Of a DNA stretch of 24,000 bases, positions 15,605 to 22,094 are shown in pieces. The DNA is from Paenibacillus plantiphilus (GTDB lineage Bacteria; Bacillota; Bacilli; Paenibacillales; Paenibacillaceae). Each line of letters starts with the position of its first letter. Within the stretch, counting starts at the first letter, position 1. The stretch lies in assembly GCF_927798095.1 (NCBI RefSeq), contig NZ_CAKMMF010000026.1, positions 63,097-87,096 of the forward strand, read 5' to 3'. Position numbers and translations under genes: made by a program. The notes beneath the pieces were generated by a model. The model was not told where the DNA came from and made no database searches. It saw only the letters and a list, made by a program, of their open reading frames with translations.

Positions 15605-15702
15605 CTGATTTTTATTTATTGTTCTGTCTACTTGACGGGGTGCAGTTCATAAGAGCTAATAGCTCCTAAGGGACAGCCTTCTGTGTTGCTTGTTGTTTGT
15701 AT

Positions 15703-15770
15703 GGTCGAACGACCGCCGTCATGCACAATCACACCGCGCTGGGAGCTGCGCGCGGTGTGATTCTGGCAGC
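15703..15770. repeat. REP-like intergenic repeat, copy 3 (best hairpin)
   Basis: ggtcgaaCGACCGCCGTCATGCAcaat-CACACCGCGC (15730-15739) tgggagctgc GCGCGGTGTG (15750-15759) forms a perfect 10-bp stem. The segment CACCGCGCTGGGAGCTGCGC is identical to copy 2. It lies ~75 nt downstream of the stop of the large minus-strand transporter gene and 18 nt from the IS right end. Confidence 0.8.
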
Positions 15771-15842
15771 CAAAGCCGCTCTTTGTTTGCAGAGCAGCAC
15801 GGTTATACGCTCACATTGGTTCCCCAACTCGCGCTGCACATC

Positions 15843-18800
15843 TTATGCCACGCCCTTAAGCCGATCGGCGAGAACACGCATCATGCTTCTTAGGACCTCA
15901 ATATTTTGGAAGCAGAATGTCAATACCTGCTCTTTGTGCAGCCTCAGCAGCACAGCTGCGCTTACCACGGTACAATCCGCTGAACGCGGGCCGCTGTCAA
16001 TGATGGACATTTCCCCGAAAAAGTCGCCTTCCCCAAGCACTGCCAGTTCATCGCTTCCACGATGCACACGAACGACTCCTTCAATAATCCCGTACATCGT
16101 ATCTCCGAATTCGCCTGTCCTGCATATAACCTCGCCCTGCTCGTAGCTGACCTCCTCCACATGCTGGGCCAGCCATATGAAGTCCGCTGGCGCTAAATGA
16201 GCGAACAGATCCATCTTTTGCAGGACCAATACTCGCCGGAGAATAGCGGCATCCGTCAATTGCCTCACCGTATCATCCAGCTCTAAGGAAGGAGCGGCCT
16301 CCGAATGGGCGGCACTGGGTTGAACTTCAACCGCCTTCCCGTTTCGACCGTCTGCGAGCTCTAGTACAGCTCTGAGCCTGCGAGATAACAGCTTCATCAT
16401 CTCCAGCACGATGCTCGACTGATCGAACATCATATCATAGAAGTCGGAAGCATGAAGCTTCCATATTCCAATACTCTCTTCCGCGCGGATCGTAGCCGTT
16501 CGGGGCCCCTGAGTCAGAACAGCCAGCTCACCGAAGCAATCGCCCCTGCTCAGCTCGCTGATCGGTTCGCCATTCCGATAGACGCCTGCTCGCCCTTTAT
16601 CCACAATCATAAGCGAGTCGCCTGGCTCCCCTTCATGAATAATGATGCTGCCCTTATCCATGCTGACCTTCTGCAATCGCTGTGCAATGACAAATAGATG
16701 TCTACTCGTCAAGCCTTGAAACAACGATACCTTTCGCAATAGCCGCACGCGTTCCAGCCGATCAGACAGCCGGTTGAATAGTTCCGCTGTATCCTGTTCC
16801 TCTGACTGTCCAGCCGTTTCCTGTCCCTTCTCCTGGAGCATAAAGAAGGTAACCGTCTCACGAAACCACTCGTCTCCCTGAGAAGCGAGCCAGCTCAGTT
16901 TCTCTTCTCTCTGGACTTCGCTATGAGGAGCTGGCGCAATGGCTCTTGGAGCGGACATTAATTTCGCCATCTGGAGCCGAAGCTTCCCGCGCAGCGTTTG
17001 GTCGATCACTTCTTCAGCGTTAGCCTGCCGCCTCGCATCCCCTTCCGACCAGTTTATATATACGGCCTGTATCGTAGGCGCATCATAAAGCAAGGACAGC
17101 AGCTGGAAGATACGGCGGGAGATTCCACTTCGAATTTCACCAATCATGCCTTCTAGTTCGGCATAGCGCGCATCTCCGCTGACGGCCGTTCCATGCTCGC
17201 CATACTGCCAGTACAATTGCAGCTCTTGCGAAATAAGGCGTTCCAGCTCCTGGCTGTCACCTTGCAGCAATCCTGTATCCATCCGAAGCAAGGATTGCAG
17301 GATGCGGTCCCGCAGCTCCTGATTAGCAGCCTCGTAACATGCAAACAGACTCTCGAATGCCCTCTGCGTGCCCATTCGTTCAAAGATAGCCGGCAAATGC
17401 AAGCTAACCTCTTCATTGTCCATATAGGGCTGCAGCTGCGAGAGCATCTCCTGCTCATCATAGCCAGCCAGCGCATCAATTGCATATCGTCTCGTCCGGC
17501 TGTTCTTCAGGCTTCCTATTATTGACGGAATCAAAGCAGGAACGCGCAGCATAGCCGCCGATTCCAACGCTCGTTTCTTCACCTTCGTGCTGCGATCATC
17601 CAGCAATGGGAGAAGCGGCTTATAGAAGCTTGCAACACCAATCTGTCCGAACAGCGCTGCCATAGCAGTTCGTTCTTCCTCTCGGCCGCTCTCAATCAGA
17701 AGCTTAAGCTGGCCAACCGCTCTGAACATGCCCTCAATGCCATAATATTTGATCAAACCAGCGATAGCAGCCGCTTGGATCTGTATGGATTCCGCCTCCA
17801 GACAGCTTGCAATCTCATCCAAATACGCTTCTTCCGCATAAGCAGCGAGCGCAAGAATGGCCCCGGCCTTAACTTCGACGACCGCCGCCGAGCTTGCATA
17901 GGATTGCAGGAGGGGCTCGAAGCCTGCTGGCAGCGTTTCTTCCACAACCTGCAACGCCTCGATGCGAACCTCAGACGCAGGATGTTGAAGCAGCGCCCTT
18001 ATATGAGGGGTCAAATCAAACGTCTCCAGCCCACGCAATATACGAATAGCATACAAGGTTTGCTGCTTGTCAGGACTGGATAATGCAGCAAGCAATAGCT
18101 GCATGCTGGAGGGGTCCACGAAATCGAGCTCCATCCGTTGAAGCTCGCCCTTCCCCGTTTGCAGGCTGGTCATAAGCGCATGCAAATACGCTTTCTTCAC
18201 CTTGACGCCGTAAACAATTCCCACAACAAGCAGGACAATTACGATATAGCTCAGCTGTTGCGGTGCAACCAGCTGTGTAACAACGAGCAAGCAGATGGCC
18301 GCAAGTCCTTTTGCCCCATTCCGCACGATGCCGTCCAGGAAGCTCTTGGCCTTTCCGCGCCATTCCGGGGGAATTGGGAACATCACGAGCTGATTCACGG
18401 AAGAATAAATCGTATCCCCGACAGCCTTGTCACTGCCCTTAACGATAACTGCCATGACCAGAATAGGCAGAAGCATGATTCCGAAGCTGCCTGCTGCCAG
18501 CACGACCGGGAAGATGAGCAGCGAAGTCATAACACCGAACCGCGTTAACACGCGGCCGGCAATAAACAGCTGTACGAATAGAGCAATAAGTCCCGAGTAG
18601 CCGTAGAAGCTGCCCATGAATCCCGCCAACTCATCATTTTGCAAGGAAGTCCTTAATATGACTTTGAACTGGTAATCTATCAAGGTTAGCGACATTACAA
18701 TTGCGACAGATAGAATAGCGATATATTTCAAATAGGGAACATTGGCAAAAAGCCCTGAATTGGATTGCGCTGCCCTCTTGGAGGAATTCGACCTGCGCTG

Positions 18801-19445
18801 TACAGGTCTGGCCTCTTGAGAAGACGAGGATGCGCTATCCTTCAAGATCAGAACTGCAAGGAGACATAGCAAATGAAGCCCCGCGTAGACATAGATCAGA
18901 TTCGCCGTCCCGATGCTCGGAGCCAGCGCCTTCAGCCCGAAGCCGCTCAAGATTCCGCCTGTTATTCCGCCGCTTCCTACGATTCCGATCATTCGCTTCG
19001 CTTTTCGCTGGTCCATAACGGATGTGGCGAACTGCCAAAAACAAACGATCATCAGAAAGTTGATGACATCATAACCGACATAAATAACGGGAAACACCCA
19101 GCGCAGCTCCAACCCGACGCCAACTCTTGAGACAAGAACCAGCGCCGCTGTGAGCGGAATTAAACCGATGATCAAGCGGTCCATTCGTATTCGATGGGAG
19201 AAGCGTTGATATACGAGGCTTGCAACAATCATCGCAGCCGCCAGCGGCAAGTACATATAAGACAGGGACGAATTATCAAACCGACTTAGAAAAAGCGTAT
19301 CCGCAGTCGTTCTTCCAATGGTAGAAGCCGCCGCAACGCAAAATAAATAGCCGAACAGGATGAATACCTTCCGATATTCTTCCCGATCCGCTGAAAGCTT
19401 GTTCCCAATATTCCGAGATGCTATACCCGCTATGAAGCTGCCCAT
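15843..19445 (-). CDS. Large multidomain membrane protein: N-terminal ~12-TM transporter domain (MFS fold, TLC/Npt ATP:ADP-antiporter-like), HEAT-repeat region, two tandem C-terminal cNMP-binding domains
   Basis: About 1200 aa from the ATG at 19445 (MGSFIAGIASR), preceded by GGGGGAA. The ORF-track start at 19508 has no SD. The N-terminus REEYRKVFILFGYLFCVAAASTIGRTTADTLFLSRF and about 12 hydrophobic helices run to ~nt 18110. HEAT-like repeats follow (SPDKQQTLYAIRILRGL, HPASEVRIEALQVV, DDRSTKVKKRALESAAML, SRTRRYAIDALAGY). cNMP domain 1 (~16374-16763) has FGELAVLTQGPRTATI. cNMP domain 2 (~15846-16247) has FGEMSIIDSGPRSADC. Confidence 0.88.
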   Translation of the reverse strand: MGSFIAGIASRNIGNKLSADREEYRKVFILFGYLFCVAAASTIGRTTADTLFLSRFDNSSLSYMYLPLAAAMIVASLVYQRFSHRIRMDRLIIGLIPLTAALVLVSRVGVGLELRWVFPVIYVGYDVINFLMIVCFWQFATSVMDQRKAKRMIGIVGSGGITGGILSGFGLKALAPSIGTANLIYVYAGLHLLCLLAVLILKDSASSSSQEARPVQRRSNSSKRAAQSNSGLFANVPYLKYIAILSVAIVMSLTLIDYQFKVILRTSLQNDELAGFMGSFYGYSGLIALFVQLFIAGRVLTRFGVMTSLLIFPVVLAAGSFGIMLLPILVMAVIVKGSDKAVGDTIYSSVNQLVMFPIPPEWRGKAKSFLDGIVRNGAKGLAAICLLVVTQLVAPQQLSYIVIVLLVVGIVYGVKVKKAYLHALMTSLQTGKGELQRMELDFVDPSSMQLLLAALSSPDKQQTLYAIRILRGLETFDLTPHIRALLQHPASEVRIEALQVVEETLPAGFEPLLQSYASSAAVVEVKAGAILALAAYAEEAYLDEIASCLEAESIQIQAAAIAGLIKYYGIEGMFRAVGQLKLLIESGREEERTAMAALFGQIGVASFYKPLLPLLDDRSTKVKKRALESAAMLRVPALIPSIIGSLKNSRTRRYAIDALAGYDEQEMLSQLQPYMDNEEVSLHLPAIFERMGTQRAFESLFACYEAANQELRDRILQSLLRMDTGLLQGDSQELERLISQELQLYWQYGEHGTAVSGDARYAELEGMIGEIRSGISRRIFQLLSLLYDAPTIQAVYINWSEGDARRQANAEEVIDQTLRGKLRLQMAKLMSAPRAIAPAPHSEVQREEKLSWLASQGDEWFRETVTFFMLQEKGQETAGQSEEQDTAELFNRLSDRLERVRLLRKVSLFQGLTSRHLFVIAQRLQKVSMDKGSIIIHEGEPGDSLMIVDKGRAGVYRNGEPISELSRGDCFGELAVLTQGPRTATIRAEESIGIWKLHASDFYDMMFDQSSIVLEMMKLLSRRLRAVLELADGRNGKAVEVQPSAAHSEAAPSLELDDTVRQLTDAAILRRVLVLQKMDLFAHLAPADFIWLAQHVEEVSYEQGEVICRTGEFGDTMYGIIEGVVRVHRGSDELAVLGEGDFFGEMSIIDSGPRSADCTVVSAAVLLRLHKEQVLTFCFQNIEVLRSMMRVLADRLKGVA

Positions 19446-19553
19446 GCAGCAGTTCCCCCAATTCGCTGTCTGTGTCCATTTACTGAAATAACATAACAAT
19501 GTTTTCATAGATAAGCAATATTGAGACAGCGGTCACCACAACCTATACTGCTA

Positions 19554-19976
19554 TTATCGTGGAGCGTTGGCATCCGAATCGTCTTCAGGCTCAATCTGCT
19601 TATCTACTTCAATGATCTCCTTATTGTTCACAGCGTCTTCACCGAAGAAATCAACCAGCTTGTCCTTCGCTCTCCGCTTGACTTCACCGTCAATGCTCAT
19701 TCCAACTCGTGCCGCAGCGAATAGCAGCACGCCCAAATCATCCGCAAAGCCTCCAGGGATAATATCCGGAATGATATCGATGGGAAGAATCAGATAACCA
19801 AGAGCCCCATAAATAATCGCCTTATCCCTCGTACTTGTATTCGGGCTTTGCAAGGCATAATACAGTACAAGACCGCTGTATACGACTTTTATCCCTGCAT
19901 GGACTGCATGCTTCCGAAGCTTGGTCCAGAATCCGTCCTCTGAAAAATGCTTCTGATACTTCGAATCTTCCCCCAT
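19554..19976 (-). CDS. YkvA/DUF1232-family membrane protein
   Basis: It carries the DUF1232 signature ALGYLILPIDIIPDIIPGGFADDLGVLLFA. The start is uncertain: the ORF track gives a TTG-type start at 20000, while the ATG at 19976 has AAAGGATGG 6 nt upstream. It is co-directional with, and 46-109 nt upstream of, the large cNMP transporter gene. Confidence 0.8.
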   Translation of the reverse strand: MGEDSKYQKHFSEDGFWTKLRKHAVHAGIKVVYSGLVLYYALQSPNTSTRDKAIIYGALGYLILPIDIIPDIIPGGFADDLGVLLFAAARVGMSIDGEVKRRAKDKLVDFFGEDAVNNKEIIEVDKQIEPEDDSDANAPR

Positions 19977-20204
19977 CGCCATCCATCCTTTTTTGTACAA
20001 ATTAAGCTTACATCGTATATTACCATGAATATGGGCAATGCAGGAGGCGGCAGCGATCCGCTGTCTTCATCTCGATAAATGCAAGATCTCCAGCCTCTCC
20101 AACTGAAGGCACTTCGCGGATTCTGGCCGCTCCTCAAATCCCAACCGCCCCTCTGGCATCAACTATGTTATCATTAGAGGCAACTACACCCCAGGAGATT
20201 ATCT

Positions 20205-20831
20205 ATGTTGAAAAAGATTAGTTTAACCCTTCTATATACAGCAGCTGCTATCGCGATCTATCTATTCGGCGACACTATCATGAACTGGCTTCAGCACTCC
20301 ACCAATGTACCGGCCATTATTCTCGTTGCTATTCTGATGGCCTTGTTCCCGATCATCCCTTATCCAATTGTCGGCGGCGTTATTGGTGCGGCGTTAGGGC
20401 CGCTGCTTGGAGCACTAGTGACCTGGATCGGTTCAACGGTCGCTTCTATTCTAATGTTTGCATTCGTGAGATATGGATATCAAGACTGGGGTAACCGCAT
20501 TCTGCATCGCTATCAAAAAATAGACAAGCTGAATTCACTATTCGAGCGCAATGCGTTCTTGGCCGTATTATTTGCTAGACTAATTCCGTTCATTCCATCC
20601 TTTGCAGTGAATGTCTATGCGGCTCTTAGCCGGATGTCTTTCCTATCCTACTCGGTCGCCTCATCCTTGGGCAAAATACCTTCGATGCTGCTGTTCGTCG
20701 TTGTCGGGAGCAACGCAGTCACCGACCCCAAGAGCATCCTTACAACCGTGCTCATATACAGTGTATTTCTTGCCATCTCGCTGGCTGCATATCGCTGGTG
20801 GAGAAGAAGGTCTGGGAAGCGGCTTGCGTAG
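20205..20831 (+). CDS. TVP38/TMEM64 (DedA/SNARE-associated) family membrane protein
   Basis: It has five to six TM helices and the family-typical segment RLIPFIPSFAVNVYAALSRMSFLSYSVASSLGKIPSMLLFVVVG. AGGAG lies 8 nt upstream of the ATG. Confidence 0.8.
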   Translation: MLKKISLTLLYTAAAIAIYLFGDTIMNWLQHSTNVPAIILVAILMALFPIIPYPIVGGVIGAALGPLLGALVTWIGSTVASILMFAFVRYGYQDWGNRILHRYQKIDKLNSLFERNAFLAVLFARLIPFIPSFAVNVYAALSRMSFLSYSVASSLGKIPSMLLFVVVGSNAVTDPKSILTTVLIYSVFLAISLAAYRWWRRRSGKRLA

Positions 20832-20862
20832 GCAGCTAGCTATTGATAAAACACCCTCTAGC

Positions 20863-21789
20863 CTATTCCAAATTTGTAACCCCAAAAGGGACATGTGCGG
20901 ATGGAGAAATACTTGATACGCCCTCAATGTGACCTACTTGATCATCGAAGAAGATATGTGGCCGAAATACCTTCAGTACCCTGCCTTTATCTATTCCCCC
21001 TAAGAAAAATGCTTCGTCAACTCGTATGCCGTAGCTTCTTAAAGTTGTTACAACTCGTTCATGAGCAGGTGCGTTTCTAGCTGTTGCAATTGCTATTCGA
21101 ACACGCGGCGTATAGCTAGTATCCTGTTGCTTCTTCTCCCATTCGCGCCGTTGCAGACGAGCCACCTCCTGAAAAAATTTGATGAGGGGGCCTGGCGGCA
21201 GAACCTCACTCGCCTTTTGCCTCTCATTCTCATGGAATCGCTGCATGCCTAGCTCTTGATATATGCCTTCCGATGAGTCGTCAGCGATAATTCCATCAAA
21301 ATCAAATGCAATTCGAAGTTCAAGCTCTTCTTCATTATCCACAAATTCAGTAGGGAACACTCGGGCTGCTGGCAGTCCTTTGCTTACGGCAGCTCGAACA
21401 TCGTCCAGATTCGCAGAAAGAAATAGCGATGCGTTGAATGCTTCCATATAATTAAACGGGTTGGAGCCAGCAACGAATGCGGCCCGTGTTATTGAAAGCC
21501 CATAGTGTTCAATGGACTTAAAAACACGAAGCCCTGTCTCCGGGTCATTTCTAGACAAAAGAACGACCTCAACCGGTTGATCACTTGGATCATGACTATT
21601 AAGCATAAGCAACCGTTTAATCAATGGAAAAGCTACCCCAGGTTCCAATACAGCCTGCTCATTCGCAAACTGATACTTTCGATATTCCTCTTCGCCCTTT
21701 TCCTGAAACACCCGATCCGACTCCTCAAGGTTAAATAGAGCACTTGAAGCAACGGCAACTACAAATTTTTCTTCTATTAGAAAAGGCAT
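20863..21789 (-). CDS. 5'-nucleotidase of the cN-IA-like (cytosolic 5'-nucleotidase IA type) family
   Basis: N-terminal VVAVASSALFNLEESDRVFQEKGEEEYRKYQFANEQAVLEPGVAFPLIKRLL and the HAD-like DFDG motif (RIAFDFDGIIADD) match my recollection of this family. The SD is GGGGAGGAAA. Confidence 0.7.
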   Translation of the reverse strand: MPFLIEEKFVVAVASSALFNLEESDRVFQEKGEEEYRKYQFANEQAVLEPGVAFPLIKRLLMLNSHDPSDQPVEVVLLSRNDPETGLRVFKSIEHYGLSITRAAFVAGSNPFNYMEAFNASLFLSANLDDVRAAVSKGLPAARVFPTEFVDNEEELELRIAFDFDGIIADDSSEGIYQELGMQRFHENERQKASEVLPPGPLIKFFQEVARLQRREWEKKQQDTSYTPRVRIAIATARNAPAHERVVTTLRSYGIRVDEAFFLGGIDKGRVLKVFRPHIFFDDQVGHIEGVSSISPSAHVPFGVTNLE

Positions 21790-21952
21790 GATTTCCTCCC
21801 CGTATCTCGTTGAAAGGAATTATATCATATATTTTGCAGACCTATATTAAACCGGTAAATTTGTAGTCGGTGGATCAGCCTATGCGCATGCAGCAGCAGG
21901 TTGTAGACTCTGCAACCGTTGCATAGCACCAACTTTATTTTGCAAAAAGCAT

Positions 21953-21982
21953 TTGCAAAAAAACAATTAATTACTCTATATA
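21953..21982 (+). promoter_or_regulatory. Putative promoter of the repeat-protein gene
   Basis: TTGCAA (21953-21958), an 18-nt spacer, then TATATA (21977-21982), in an AT-rich region. The direct repeat ATTTGCAAAAA occurs twice at 21938-21960. Confidence 0.35.
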
Positions 21983-22094
21983 TGAATTAATACATGTAAT
22001 TAGGGTGTATTTATTCCCTAAATATAGTTGAGTGATCTATCATTTAGAGTTAAAATTATACAGACAAAATCTATCAATGGGAGTGGAACAACAG

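Larger units (their letters stand above)
13962..15684 (+). mobile_element. IS3-family (IS150-like) insertion sequence, apparently intact, 1723 bp
   Basis: 17-bp perfect terminal inverted repeats: ACAGAAGGCTGTCCCTT at 13962-13978 and its reverse complement at 15668-15684, plus subterminal AGTAGACAG similarity. It has orfA/orfB in the 0/-1 frames, an A_AAA_AAG slippery site and a DDE (rve) domain in orfB. I found no clear target-site duplication. Confidence 0.9.

Noticed and set aside
11071-19445. The cNMP-binding-domain proteins as effectors of a Pycsar/CBASS-like anti-phage signalling system
   Set aside because: No nucleotide cyclase or CD-NTase gene is adjacent. The proteins are large housekeeping-style transporters rather than compact TM/TIR/nuclease effectors. 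Nothing in the sequence supports a defence role, so I report them only as cNMP-gated transporter candidates.
20001-20204. A sigma-54 promoter (TGGCAT at about 20153) or a small ORF in the ykvA / DedA-like divergent region
   Set aside because: TGGCAT is not followed by TTGC at the required spacing. The only ATG-initiated frame, MNMGNAGGGSDPLSSSR, is 17 codons with no SD.
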